The notes: generated from the letters alone by a model not told the origin. A DNA stretch of 64,000 nt from the human T2T-CHM13v2.0 reference genome, Homo sapiens (GCF_009914755.1 NC_060936.1), one strand, 5' to 3'. Numbered from the stretch's first letter, positions 14,231-29,332 are shown. Numbers and translations are program-made.

Positions 14231-17200
14231 TGCTATAGAGGACAGAAATTCCTCTAATCCCAACACAGACACTCTCTTTAGCTGCAGATATGATGTCCCC
14301 TCTCCCCTAGATAAGGCAAACTGATCCTGCTGGGCCTAGCTGGTTGCCAGATGGATTAGAACACTGGACTCAGAACAGACTTCCATGATATCTTTAAGAA
14401 AAACTCACATCAAAGTCATGTAGAATGTACAATAGAATTATCAATGAGGAAGGGAGAATCTGGAAAGAAGGCAACCAAAAGCCAAAGGGAAACTAAAGGA
14501 GATTGAAAGACTGTGAAATTGAGCCTAGAATAAGTTCATTGAAGTGGCAAATCTGGGAGAGATATTTTAGAAGTCTGTTGCTTTGGGTAGGGCAGGGAAA
14601 AATCTATTAGGACACTTCACTGGCTTGGACAGAGAAGAAGGATAGTTCTTCACCTCTCCTATAAATCTGTGATTGTCATTCTGAATAACAGCACATCATG
14701 ACTGGAGGATCAGATTATACCCTCATTAAAGCCAGGATCTGAAAATATGGTCGCTGATCAGATATAAGTATTAGAAGTGAGGCCATTCAGGGAACACAAA
14801 ACCAGGACAATACATCTAAAGGAAGGACAATATAACGAATATTTTGTCACAGAAAGCAGGTAGTTATCTGCTAAGGGCATGACAAGGATATAGGTATAGG
14901 TAAGAGTCAGTAGTAGAACTCAGTCCACACCAGATTCAGCCCTTTGGTTACTGAAGCAGTTCTGTGAATTAGAATTTTGTGTTTTCTAAGGTTCTTGTAT
15001 GGCTGGATAAGCAATAAATTGGAAGGATGAATTTGGGTACAGTTGACATTGGGAGAAGTATCAGTCAGGAATCTTAGCATTAAGCCGCAGAAGCTGACTC
15101 ACAAAAGCAAAATGAGAATTAATAGAAATAATGCAGGTCAGTGAATCCATGGAAAGCTGGAGGTTCAGACTTGGAAAATAGACAGGAACCACAGGCACAC
15201 AACAGGGCAACTACAGCAAACATCTTGTAGTCCTTATGCCTCCATGCTGTGCTCCAAATATTAAGCATGATATCACTTGTTCAGCATTTGAAAAGACTCT
15301 CAGAGAGCCTCTGAGACTCTGGACTCTGCCCATGTGTTTCCTCTGTCTGTCCTGTACAGGGTAATAAAGATATTACCCCTTTGGCTTCCTTCCTGGGAGA
15401 CACTATTTCCCATGACAATGTACAGTGCCAGGAGGTCTCCTAAACAGAGATTGGGATCCTAATTGTAAAAGAGCTTGGATGTTAGGCAGACAGATGTCTT
15501 CCTAAGAGGCATTAAGATGAAGAAGTAGGAGGAGGGAGGGGACAAAAGAAGGTAAAGGGACAAACAAAAAAGTAACCTTCCAGGAGATTAATTCCAGTAC
15601 TGATAACAAATTGCTGTATTAGGGATAGGTTCAAGGAGAAAGCAGAAACTGAACTGATTTTCGAGGGTCAAGAGAGAACAAACAAGAACATTGCAGATAT
15701 CAGGACAAGTATGAGTAGAAGCACAAAGTCTCATGATAATTGCTACCTTGTTTGTAAGCATTAATATTCTCAGAGTGGTGGTAGGCGTGGGCTGCCTGCT
15801 TCATGGTCTTTCTCATGAAAGGAATAATGTGGGCTACCGTATTAATTTCAATATGGCTTTTATGAGAAACAATTTGCAAATGACATGCTTTGGAAACCCA
15901 AGAAACCTGTGGTCATCCCTCCTTCAATTTTACTTCTTGTTACAAATTTCTTAGTAACAGAGCCTATGTATGTGAGATGAGGAGATGTTTGTTACATTCA
16001 ACCTTAAACAAGTTATGGCTTAGCAGGAGCTGAGTGATCTTATTTGATGAGTGTAGATTTATAAGAATTTTGGCTTGGGGTTTGGGATCAAATTCTCTCA
16101 CCTAAGCTGTGGGGAGCCCATGAAGTCTTTCCAGTAAAAATCCTTGCAGTTAAGATTTTTGCCAAATAGCGCCTCTTAAAAAAATCCCTATTTAAGTCAT
16201 TTCTCCAGGGTAATTGAAAGTGTCTATTATATTATGCCCCTAACTGCTATGTGGTACTATTTATTTCTTTTAGAGAAGTATGGCAGAGAATAAGATAATT
16301 CTGATTACAGTGAAATAAGAGAACACTGATATTATTTGTTTTTTTTCCTAAAACTTGATGTTTTTGAATTGTTCATCATACACCCCTTTGCTTGCTATCA
16401 TTTCCAAATGGTGACTGTTACACATATATTTTAATATTTTTCATATGTCATTTTAATATTGTTCATATGTTAAAACTGAAGTGACTCTTTTTTGTCTTTG
16501 TAACACTAGGATAATTTAAAGGGAATGTTTTTGAAACATCATTCTATTTCAAGGTAAAGTGAGCCAAATAAAATATTTTTGTTCATTTGGGCAGCATGTC
16601 AACAGCCATGTTAACTCAAGCAATAAGCATAATTTCTTTTAACATTTTGAAACAGTTCAGATGGAGGTAGATAGGAGCTGGACACTTGAAAAAGGTATTC
16701 TTAAAATTGATGTTGAGAGTGAGAGTGACGGAAGGATTATGTGGAAGGAATTCCTGAAGTTTTAAATCGCCCTCTTTTCTACTCCTATATCCAGGTAGTC
16801 ACCAGCTTTTTTCATTTCTGACTACTTGGAATCTCTCTTTCCCAGTCCCACCACCATGAGAATTAAGGCCTTGAAGCCCACATTGTTCTTCAACAGGATG
16901 TCCTGACCTTTAGTCTCGATGTACCTCATCCCCAGTGCTGTCATGCCTTTCCTCTGCTCGGATTCCACCCATTGTTTCCCATTACTTAACACTATCCAAG
17001 AAAAAGAGCCTTGTTGTTTAATAATTATTAATTACTATAAGTTCGTTGAAAAGTACTCCCTTTAACCCCCTATCTGCTTGAACCTCTGATCTGATATCCT
17101 GAGGTTGAAGAGAGGATAAATGCCATGACAGCTGGGAAGAAGCAGAGAAGTTCTTATGTGGCTCACCTGTCCCACTTGTCCTTTAAGACCAGCAGCTATT

Positions 17201-17392
17201 GCTTAGATGTCTAGAGAGTCATTTATATAAAAACACTGATGTGACCAACATATTTTACTGGTATTGCATACTTCATGATATATTCATTTTTGAATGGTTC
17301 TGATTTCATAAGCTTCCACCTACTAACAATTCCTTGAACAAAGTTAAATAGTTTTTAAAAGCAGCCTTCTTTATTATTTAGAAATTGTGGGG

Positions 17393-17796
17393 TGTATTAG
17401 TCTGTTCTCATGCCGCTAATAAAGACATATCCGAAACTGGGTAATTTATAAAGGAAAGAGGTTTAATTGACTCTCAGTTCAGCATGGCTGGGGAGACCTC
17501 AGGAAACTTACAATCATGATGGAAAGAGAAGCAAACACATCCTTCTTCACATGGTGGCGGGAAGAGAAGTGAGTGCTGAACAAAGGGGGATGCCCCTTAG
17601 AAAACCGTCAGATTTCATGAGAACTCACTATTAAGAGAACTCACTATCATGAGAACTCACTATCATGAGAACAGCAGCGAGGGGGAAGCTGCCCCCGTGA
17701 TTCAGTTATCTCCACCTGATCCCTCCCATGCCACTAGGATTATGGGAACTACAATTCAACATGAGATTTGGATGGGGACACAGCCAAACCATATCA
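17393..17796 (-). mobile_element. THE1C-like MaLR solo LTR
   Basis: TGTATTAGTCTGTTCTCATG...GGGGACACAGCCAAACCATATCA with a perfect 5-bp TSD TGGGG at 17388-17392 and 17797-17801. Confidence 0.92.
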
Positions 17797-18039
17797 TGGG
17801 GAAAACTGTTTATTTTATGTAAATGTGACTTACCTAGTTTGCTTTGCAGATCATCAAAAAGTTAACATGGGTATAAAGTCTGATAAATCTGTAAATATGT
17901 ACATTTCAAAATTATTCACAGACTTATGACAATTATTAGGTCTAGATTTAAATGGCAGCATATTTAAAAATATTTTCACTATTATTACAATGTTTTATTA
18001 GTCCTGTTATTTGGAAACAAACAAAAAAGGTGATTAAGA

Positions 18040-18200
18040 GACAGTGTAGTATAGTGGTAAAAAATCCAGTCTCTGGTGCTGGATTACCAGTGTTGGGGTC
18101 TTGACTCCACAAGTTATTAATTCTGTCACCATGAGTAAGACATTTATCATCTCTGTGCCTTTGTGTCTTCATGTATAAAATATAAATCATCGTCATGGAA
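18040..18200 (+). mobile_element. MIR
   Basis: ACAGTGTAGTATAGTGGTAAAAAATCCAGTCTCTGG...TCTCTGTGCCTTTGTGTCTTCATGTATAAAAT. Confidence 0.65.
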
Positions 18201-19471
18201 TTGTACTGAATATCAATAGACCCAAATAACATCTTTATGGTGGACTTGATTGAAGTATATAACATGTATACCTAAATTTTTCTTTCCTTTGTGAGAGATT
18301 ATTCAGAATGATGTTGAGATGTTTATAGTAAAATTAGAGATCCTGAATGCAGTGCAACAGGTTTAAATGCGGCATTTACTTCTCATCTGTGGCAGTGTTC
18401 GCCTTAAGTCAGTGCTAAGTGTGGCCAGTAGATGCAACACCAAAGCCCGCTGGGACAACAATCCTGTGATGGGCTCCCTTGTGTGATCTTGGCCAAGTTT
18501 CTTAACCTCTCTGCACTCCTGTGGCCTCATCCATAAAAGGCTAACTTGGATTACATGATCTCTACGGTGTCTTTCAGCTCTGAAAGTCTGTGAATCTGTC
18601 AGTATACTTTGACTTAATGAGTTTTACACATGGAATACTCTTAAAAGCATTTGGTGCTTTTTTTTTTTTTTCTAAAAAAAGACTTTTTCAGGTGTTTCCT
18701 CCTCCTCCTTCCCACCCCCCTTTTCTTCCTTCTTCCTTCTATTATGTAGAATTTGTAGAGATTCCAGGCATGAGTACTGCGGTCATGTTGGATAAATAAT
18801 AGGATTTCCATTTCTAAGACACAGTAATTGAGATTCCAAAAGATTAAGTACTTGTACTAGGTTAAAACAAGACAAAATAAAAACAGAAAGGAAGTTTAAT
18901 TCTGCCTCCTAACTGAATTATCTTCTCCATTCCCTAGCTCCCCAAACTTATTTCTTCATGACCAGTTTCTCCTCTCCTCCATCTCCCCCAGCAAGAGCTC
19001 TGAAAACCAACAGAGATGCTTTCCTCTTATCTCCTACCCTACTCATAGTAATTCATTAACAAAGTCAGCCTACTTAGTTAACAAAGACTCTTCTACGTTC
19101 CTAACATATCTAATCCTTCATCCTCTACTTTCCATTCAATTGCTTCTGCCTTAGTTCAGGCTTTAATCATTATTTTGCTTGGATTATTCTAACTAAACAA
19201 TTTCCCTTAATCAGATCCAAAATCCCTCCAGTAAATTCTCTACTTCTTTGCCAGAGTGAGATTTCCTTGAATGCATGTCTGATTGTTTTGTCCAAGTTCT
19301 TACCAACCTTTTAACAGCTGCCTCCTCCCTGCATCACTTGGTTTATTAATCTTTAGCCCTTCCTTCCCCTTACCAATGACACTCCAGCTACTACTGAACT
19401 TCTTTCTTTTCCCCAAAACTCCTTGCTATTACCTGCTGCCTGGTTTATCCTCTTGTTTCCACTGTCTAGGA

Positions 19472-20016
<545 letters not shown>

Positions 20017-20886
20017 GTCTAGAATATATTTTCCTCATCTACCTAGTGACTACCTGGTGAGCACCCAGTAACCTTTTGAGACGTGGCAAGTCTGTTTGGC
20101 AGATTCCACCCCTGTGAAACTTCTCTTACCACCACAGCAGCTTACACTACCAGTAATAAGCCTCTTACACTACCAGTGATAAGCCTCTCAGTGCCCCTAC
20201 TGTCATTTCTAATACAAATAACAATTTTAAAAAGCAACAAATTTATTCATACTACAACTGAGTTGCACAGTGGGCATATGCCATATTAAACTAAACTGGT
20301 TTTCTTCACAAAACTTCACATCTTTTGACTCACCAGAAAAAAAATAGTTACGATATGTTCAACTAGCTCTTTAGGTGGTACTCAGTATGTCTAAGAGAAG
20401 ACATTCAATCTCTGATTTTGAAGTCATCTGCCCTCATTTTAGTCTTCTTTCCTAGATTGTTCTGGGTATAAGGTATCATGGAGTGAGTAATTTTCATGAT
20501 CTTGTCATGAAAGAATTAGTTTTGGATACAGAAGCACCTGTTTCCTCTGATCTCCAGGATGATGATCCTTGTCCAGCTTGTTGCTGATCTTTGCAGGTGA
20601 GATCAATGGCTTGTGTAATTTGCAATCTGGCTTCATGGTTTGATCAGGGCCCACCTTTGTACCCTAGTTTACTAGGACTTCTCTTAACTCTTGCTTATGT
20701 TGGAGGCTTGCTAGACTTTCAGACTCTGCAACATCTGTCTGGCTCTGAGAACCTGGCCATTTACCTAAACCTATGGGATTCATAATCAAGAGGGCACTTC
20801 AGCAGGCCCAGTGACTCTCAACTCAGTGTCTAGGTAATATAAGAACATTCAGGAGTGCAAACCAGAGCCTCTCCTCTCTCACCTGA

Positions 20887-21473
<587 letters not shown>

Positions 21474-21731
21474 CTAATGATAAAATAGGGCATTTTCCTG
21501 GCTTTATTAAACAAGACCCGTGATAAGATCCAACAGGCTTAGCTCTTAGAAATGTATATTGGTGGTTTGAGTATATTGTCTCATTTAAACCATATAACTC
21601 CCCTGTGGCATAGGTGCTATCTTTTTTCCTATTTTACAGAAGAGGAACTGAGGCTCTGCAAAGGGTAATCACTATCCCATTGTTGACTTCAGGCATGTGG
21701 CAGGGCCTAACACTCCTTACATCTCTATATA

Positions 21732-22068
21732 TAGTGAGCCCTCCATATCCAAGGACTCCCCATTCGTAGATTCAAACAATCATGGATAAAAATATAGTTA
21801 CGCCTATGATGGCTGCATCTGTACTGAACATTCACAGACTATTTCTTGTTCATTCCCCAAACAATACAATATAGCAAGTATTTGCATAGCACTCACATTC
21901 TGTGACTTATTATAAGTAATCTAGAGATGATTTAAAGTATGCCTGTAAGGATATGCATAGGTTATATGTTAATACTACATCATTTTATATCAGAGACTTG
22001 AGCATCCATGGCTTTGGTATTTGGGGGAGTTCCAGAACCAATCCCCTGTGGATATTGAGTGACAACTG
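21732..22068 (-). mobile_element. MER2/MER2B (TcMar-Tigger MITE)
   Basis: GACTTGAGCATCCATGG...GAACCAATCCCCTGTGGATATTGAGTGACAACTG|TA, flanked by TA. Confidence 0.82.
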
Positions 22069-22365
22069 TACTTCTATTCTAAAAGCCTGTTAAATACAAG
22101 GCATCTTTAAGTCTTTCATCATTATCTGTGATTATTCCCTTCCTCACTCTGTATGCTGCAACTGGACTTATTTTCTTCCAATTCCTCCAAATTGTCTTTT
22201 TTAAAAAACTCTCTGGATTTTTTTAAAAAGCATTTCACTCTGTTTGGAATGCTGTATCCTCCTACATGTAGCAAGTATAAAGCTCAGTTCACAAACTCAG
22301 GTGGGCAAGAAATAAAACAACCTTTGCTTTATAAGTCATTTTATTTTCTGTTTTAACCCACATTC

Positions 22366-22895
22366 TGTCAGGTTGGTGGAGAATTAATCCTAAGCCTTTT
22401 TAAAGGTTCCTTTATGTGCCCACCTACCATGGTGCCCAAATATCAGGTAGTTCTAAGGCATTGGATGTCAGTCATGGTGGCCATGAGTATGTGTCACTCA
22501 GACCACAAGCTACAGGGAGCATCAGACAAGGAACCTGCTGCCCTGCTCTGAAATCCATTGCCACATTTACACTTGCTTTCCTGGGGCTGCTCCCAGCCAT
22601 ATCAAGCATGGCTAAGGGATACCACGAGAAGTCTGTTTCTGGAAGACACAGGATTCCTTCGATGGGCAATTTTGGTTCAAGTACTCCCGGAAAATTTTGC
22701 AGAACTTTCCCTAGATTACACAGTAGCCTGAGACACATTCATTTCAGCCTTCTTTCCTGCTCTGTTCCTTTGGGATCAGACTTGTATTACAATCTGAAGG
22801 CACTCTCTATATTTTCTCTTATGGGTGTTTCCCTTAAAATCTTTGTACACTTAATCTTATCTTGATGTCTGCCTCTAAGAAGCCCACACTAATAG
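22366..22895 (+). mobile_element. Old ERVL-type LTR (LTR33/LTR50-like; subfamily uncertain)
   Basis: The 3' end AAATCTTTGTACACTTAATCTTATCTTGATGTCTGCCTCT...CACTAATA resembles ERVL LTR termini. Confidence 0.45.
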
Positions 22896-23349
22896 ATGGG
22901 AGATTTGGCCAGTAAATAATCTGATCCCCCAATTACTACTGAAAAGCATGTCTCTCAGTGGACATGTTACTATGGCCCTTCAAGTGTGCTGGGTCATGGC
23001 TAATTCATTGCATGATTTCAGTGCGGGATATTCTGAGAGGCTTCCCATGGTCCCACGTGCTTAGTTATCCCAGGAAGCTAAAAGCTTTCTTCTTGCAAAT
23101 ACCAAATTTCTCCCACCCACACAGCAAATAAAAATACATACAGAGCATGCACTGTAGTTGAAAAAATATGAACAATAATGGCATGTGTGAATGAGTAAAT
23201 AAAAAATATTATAGCTATTAACCTTAGAAGAAAAAAGCAGTATAGTTATAAAAAATTGGGCAATGTTACATTGAGATCAGGAATATTTCATTGAAAAGGT
23301 GGTATTTTGCTTAAGATTTGAAAAAGAAGTGGTAAGTATTTCTCTATTT

Positions 23350-24260
23350 TAATTTTTTTATTTTACTTTATGTTTTGGGATACATGTGCAGAACTTGCAG
23401 GTTTGTTACATAGGTAACAAATACATGTGCCATGGTGGTTTGCTGCACCCATCAACCTGTCATCTAGGTTTTAAGCCCCACATGCATTAGGTATTTGTCC
23501 TAATGCTTTCCCTCCACTTGCCCCCCACACCCTGACAGGCCCTCTTGTTTGTGATGTTCCCTCCCTGTGTCCATGTGTTTTCACTGTGCAGCTCCCACTT
23601 ATGAGTGAGATCCTGCAGTGTTTGGTTTTCTGTTCCTGTGTTAGTTTTCTGAGAATGATGGTTTCCAGCTTCATCCATGTCCCTGCAAAGGATATGTACT
23701 CATTCTTTTTTATGGCTGCATAGTATTCCATAGTGTATATGTGCCACATTTTCTTTATCCAGTCTATCATTGTTGGGCATTTGGGTTGGTTCCAAGTATT
23801 TGCTATTGTGAATAGTGCTGCAATAAACATACATGTGCATGTGTCTTTATAGTAGAATGATTTATAATCCTTTAGGTATATACCCAGTAATGGGATCGCT
23901 GGGTCAAATGGTATTTCTGGTTCTAGATCTTTGGGGAATCACCACAATGTCTTCCATAATGGTTGAACTGATTTACACTCCCACCAACAGTGTAAAGCAT
24001 TCCTATTTCCCCACAGCCTCACCAGCATCTGTTGTTTCCTGTCTTTTTTAATGATCACCTTTCCAACTGGCATGAGATGGATCTCATTGTGGTTTTGATT
24101 TGCATTTCTCCAATGACCAGTGATGATGAGCTTTTTTTCATATGTTTCTTGGCCATGTAAATGTCTTCTTTTGAGAAATGTCTGTTCATATACTTCACCC
24201 ACTTTTTGCTGGGGATGTTTGTTTCTTGTCTTGTAAATTTTTTAAAGTTCCTTGTAGATT
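23350..24260 (-). mobile_element. 5'-truncated LINE-1 (L1PA8-like)
   Basis: 3'UTR CATCTAGGTTTTAAGCCCCACATGCATTAGG and ORF2 C-terminal peptide [19 protein letters not shown] (ORF 23471-23830). Confidence 0.9.
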
Positions 24261-24604
24261 ATATCATCTATTTAAGGTATAGATATGTTATAGTTTCCAA
24301 TGTATTATATTAGGGAAGAAAAGCACTGAATTTGAGGTCAGAAATCTGTTCATAGCCTTCTTGTTTTCTAGCTGTCAGTAACATATTGATCAAATAAGTA
24401 AACTTTTTAGGGTCTTCTTTTGCTTATTGCACTTATACTAAGTCATTTTCAAGATCCCTACACCCTTACCAGTCTCTAGTCAAGATCCCAGTCAACTGGC
24501 GGTTGATCTAGAAGATTAATCTAGCCAGTTATGTATCTAAATTCATGTTATTTTAACACCAACTTTAATATTTTTCAAAGCACAATGCGGCAGAGCCAGA
24601 GATA

Positions 24605-27058
24605 CAGGCATACTTCCTTGTGTTGTGCTTTGGTTTATTGTGCTTCACAAACGTTGCATTTTTTAAAAAAACTAATTGAAGGTTTGTGGCAACCCTGCAT
24701 CCAGCAAATCTATGGGTGCCATTTTTCAACAGCATGTGCTCACTTTTGTCTCTATATGAGATGTTGGTGATACTCATGATATTTCCAATTTTTTAATTAT
24801 TATTGTATTTGGTATGGTGATCTGTGATCAGTATCTTTTGATGTTATGTTGTAATTGTTTTGGGGCAGCACAAATCGTGCTCATAAAAAATGGCAAACTT
24901 AATTGATAGATGCTGTGTGTTTCTGACAGCTCCACCAATCGGCCATTTCCCCATCTCTGTCCCTCTCCCTGGGCCTTACTATTCTCTGAGACACAACCGT
25001 ATTGAAATTAGGTCAATTAATAACTTTCCAGTGGCCTCTAAGTGTTCAAGCGAGAGGACAAGTCACATGCCTCTCACTTGAAATCAAAAGCTGGAAAAGA
25101 TTAAGCTTATTGAAGAAGGCACATTGAAAGCCAAGATAGACTGAAAGCTAGGCTTAATGAGCCAGTTAGCCAAGTAGCAAATGCAAAGGAAAATTAAAGT
25201 AATTAAGTAGCAATTAAAAATGCTACTCCATGAATAAGAAAGCAAAACTGCCTTATTACTGATTTGAAGAAAACTTTGCTGGTCTAGATAGATCAAACCA
25301 GCCATAACATTCCCTTAACCCAAAGCCTAATCCAAAGCAAAGCCCTAACTGTCTTCGATTGTAACAAGGCTGAAAAAGGTGAGGAAGCTGTAGATGAATT
25401 TTGAAGCTAGCAGAGATTGGTTCATGAGGTATAAGGAATGAAGCAAACTCCACCACATAAAAGTGCAAGGTGAAGCAGCAAGCGATGATGTGCAATCTGT
25501 AGCAAGTTATCCAGAAGATCTGATGAAGATGGCTACACTAAACAACAGACTTTCAATGTACAGTAAATGAAATTTACTGTACATTATTATGTACACATAT
25601 ATGCAGTATAACTATATGTATGTGCAGTATAGTTATACTGCATATAAGTACATTGAAATAGTCTTATATGGAAGTATATGTCATCTAAGGCTTTCATAAC
25701 GAAAAAGTCAATGCTTGGCTTCAAATCTTCAAAGGGTAGGCTGACTCTAACGTTAAGGGCTGATGTAGCTGATGAGTTTAAGTTGAAGTCAATGCTCATT
25801 GACCATTCTGAAGATCCTAACTCCCTTAAGAATTATGCTAAATCTACTCTGCCTGTGCTCTATAAATAGAACAACAAAGCCTGGATGGCAGCACATCTGT
25901 TTACAGCATGGTTTACTGAATATTTTAAGCCTACTTTGGGGACCTACTGCTTGGAAAGAAAAGAACATTTTCAAAATATTATGACTCATTGACAATCCAC
26001 TCAGTAATTCCGCAGCTCTGAAAGAGATGTGCAAGAAAATTTGTGCTGTTTCCGTGCATGGTAACACAGAATCCTGTCAAGATCAAGTAGTAATTTTGAC
26101 TTTCAAGTTTTATTGTTTAAGAAATACATTTCATAAGGATATAGCTGCTATGGATAGAGATTCCTCTGATGGATCTAAGCAAAGTAAATAAAAAACCTTC
26201 TGGAAAAAAATTGCCATTCTAGATGCCATTGAGAACATTTATGATTCATGGGAGGAGGTTAAAATATCAACATTAATGAGAGTTTGAAAAATGTTTATTT
26301 CAATCCTTACAGATGACTTTGGGGGTTTCAAGACTTCAGCAGAGTAAATAACTGCAGTTGTGGTGGAAAAAGCACAAGAACTAGAATTAGAAGTAGAGCC
26401 TGAAGGTGTGACTGAATTGCTGCAATCTCATGATAAAACATAAACAGATAAGGAGTTGCTACTTACAGATGAGGAAAGAAATTTGTTTCTTGAAACACAG
26501 TCTATTCTGGGTGAAGATGTTGTGAACATTCTTGAAATGACAACAAAGGATTCAGAATATTACAAAAACTTAGATGATAAGGCAGTGGCTGGGTTCAAGA
26601 GGACTGAGTCCCATTTTGAAAGTTCTACTGTAGATAAAATGCTATCAATTAGCATTGCATGCTACAGAGAAATTGTCATGAAAGGAAGAGTTAATCAATG
26701 CAGCAAACTTTATTGGTATCTTATATTAAGAGATTACCACAGCCACCCCAACCTTTAGCAATCACCACCTTTGCTGATCAGTCAGTGGCAGTCAATACTG
26801 AGGCACGACTTTATACCAGCAAAAAGATTAGAACTTGCTGAAGGCTCATATGACTGTTAAGACTTTTAGCAATAAAGTATTTTTAATTAAGGTTTTTTTT
26901 TTTTAAATATAATGCTATTGAACACTTAATAGACTACAGTGTAAAAATGACTTTTACATGTACTGGGAAACCAACAAGTTTGTGTGACTCACTATCATAA
27001 TATTTACTTTATTGTGGTGGACTTGAAATGAATTCTCAAAATCTCTGAGGTATGCCTA
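24605..27058 (+). mobile_element. Near full-length Tigger1 DNA transposon (transposase pseudogene)
   Basis: Termini TA|CAGGCATAC... and ...GAGGTATGCCTA|TA. The ORF fragment 25678-25869 (KSMLGFKSSKGRLTL...LKNYAKSTLPVLYK) resembles the Tigger1/TIGD1 DDE domain. Multiple stops and frameshifts. Confidence 0.93.
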
Positions 27059-27605
27059 TATCTGGATTTGAGCAGTGTCTTGCTTTTGTCTAAGATGTGT
27101 AGCCTTGGTAAAAATTATAGTCCACTTTCATGCTATTTGTGAGAATGGAGATAATGGGTGTACAATGCCTACCACAAACGAACTAAATGGTAGATAAACA
27201 GTAAATCTTATTGTTTTTTATTCATTTGCTCCTCACAAAATTGTCACTGAATATGCATTATTGTCTCCATTTTACTAATTAGTAAACTGAAGCAAAGAGC
27301 TCAAATTGCCCAGCTACCCAGTAGCAGAAATAGTAAGAGTATTACTCAAGTTCTCAGGCTCTCATTTGTTTTTCCTAAAATTTACTTTCTACATATGGTT
27401 TTATATAAAACAGCCCATTTGTGACTTTCAATATATTCATTATGTATATATTAAACTTAATAAAAGTTTGTTATTATAGATTTTATTATATATTTTGGGC
27501 AAATTGGTAAACACATTAGTTTCCTTATTTACTCTTCTTTACCTAAGTCTTAAACGTAGAATCTTTAAAAAGTTTTTTTTTTTTTTTTTTTTTTAAAGTA
27601 GCTTA

Positions 27606-27892
27606 GGCCGGGCGTGGTGGCTCAGGCCTGTAATCCCAGCACTTTGGGAGGCCGAGGTGGGCGGATCACAAGGTCAGCAGTTTGAGACCAGCCTGGCCAA
27701 TATGGTGAAACCCCGTCTCTACTACAAATACAACAATTAGCCAGGGGTGGTGGTGCGTGCCTGTAATCCCAGCCACTCAAGAGACTGAGGGAGGAGAATT
27801 GCTTGAACGTGAGGCAGAGGTTGCAGTGAGCAAAGATTGTGCCACTGCACTCCAGCCTGGGTGACAAAGCAAGGCTCTGTCTCAAAAAAAAA
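27606..27892 (+). mobile_element. AluSg-like
   Basis: Full Alu. TSD AAAGTA(G/C)CTTA at 27595-27605 and 27893-27903. Confidence 0.92.
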
Positions 27893-27932
27893 AAAGTACC
27901 TTAAAGATCATTTATTCAAATAGCTTTGTTTT

Positions 27933-28301
<369 letters not shown>

Positions 28302-28931
28302 TCAGAGCAGGTAACACCAACTGGATATTTAACTAAATTTATTTGAGTAAAGGCAAGCTGAAATTAAGCATTTCCACTAATATTTTTTGAAACTCATTGT
28401 TATTAAGATATATAAATAAATTTGCTAAGTATAATTTAATATAATTTTACACTTATAAACTTACTGGAATGCAAAAATATAAAATATAAAGTTGTAAAAC
28501 TTTATAGCAATTATGAAGAGTATTTGATTTAATAGCTGTATAATGTTAGACAAATTATTTAATCCTTGAGCCTCACTTTCCTCACATGAGGAAAGAAAAT
28601 AATAGTAACTTCTTTTATGGGCTGTTGTGAGGACTAAATGAAATAATGTATGAAGCCTTAATATATAAATGTTAGTTTTTAAATTATTTTTATTTAAATT
28701 ATAACAAATGCTATAATTATTGTTGGAGGAAACTTCCTGTTGTCTGACCTCACATTACTATGAGGAGGTTCTTGAGGCCAAAATTCACATAGGATTAGGC
28801 TTTGTTTGTTACTGTGTTTATTACCTCTGTTGATGTGACATAAATATGTACCAATGAAGGCATTAATAAAATGGAACTACTGTTTCAACCAAATGAGTAA
28901 TTTAGAAATTACGTATTTGGAGGAGAAATAC

Positions 28932-29332
28932 TGTGTTAGCTTTGCTGCAGAACAAAACACCCCCAAACCATTTATTAGGAAATAGTTCTGTGGCTTGGCT
29001 GGGATGGCTTTTCTCTGCTCCATGTATTTTGATTGCACTTCTGCATTTGCAGTCAGCCGCTGGTCTCTGATAACCTTGCTCACATGTATGGCAGTTGGTA
29101 CTAGCTCTCAGTTGGGCCACATGTCTATAGCAGCCTATCTTGAACCTGAGCCGCAAGAGAGAGGGAATACCCCAAAGTTCAGGCACCATGAAGGTATCTT
29201 TGTATAGTATTTGCTGATTTTCTATTGGCCAAAGCAAGTGTGGAAGAAGTCACTGTGAAAAGAGACAACACAGGGATGTAGATGATAGGAGAAAATACTT
29301 ATTGGGGTTCTTTATTGTAATCATCTACCACA
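28932..29332 (-). mobile_element. MLT1 (H/I-like) MaLR solo LTR
   Basis: TGTGTTAGCTTTGCTGCAGAACAAAAC...TTGGCCAAAGCAAGT...GTAATCATCTACCACA with TSD AATAC/AATAT. Confidence 0.72.

Noticed and set aside
18421-18440. CTCF-like motif TGGCCAGTAGATGCAAC
   Set aside because: It mismatches the near-invariant GGC core positions.
22416-22865. 149-aa ORF
   Set aside because: It lies in an old LTR-like sequence, starts at GTG, and shows no recognisable homology.
24605-27058. Domesticated TIGD-like transposase gene
   Set aside because: The longest ORF fragments are only ~60-110 aa and the catalytic NVDET motif is interrupted.
27573-27594. T22 run directly 5' of an Alu, as a solo poly(A) retro-insertion
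   Set aside because: I could not identify an independent TSD; simple homopolymer expansion is sufficient.
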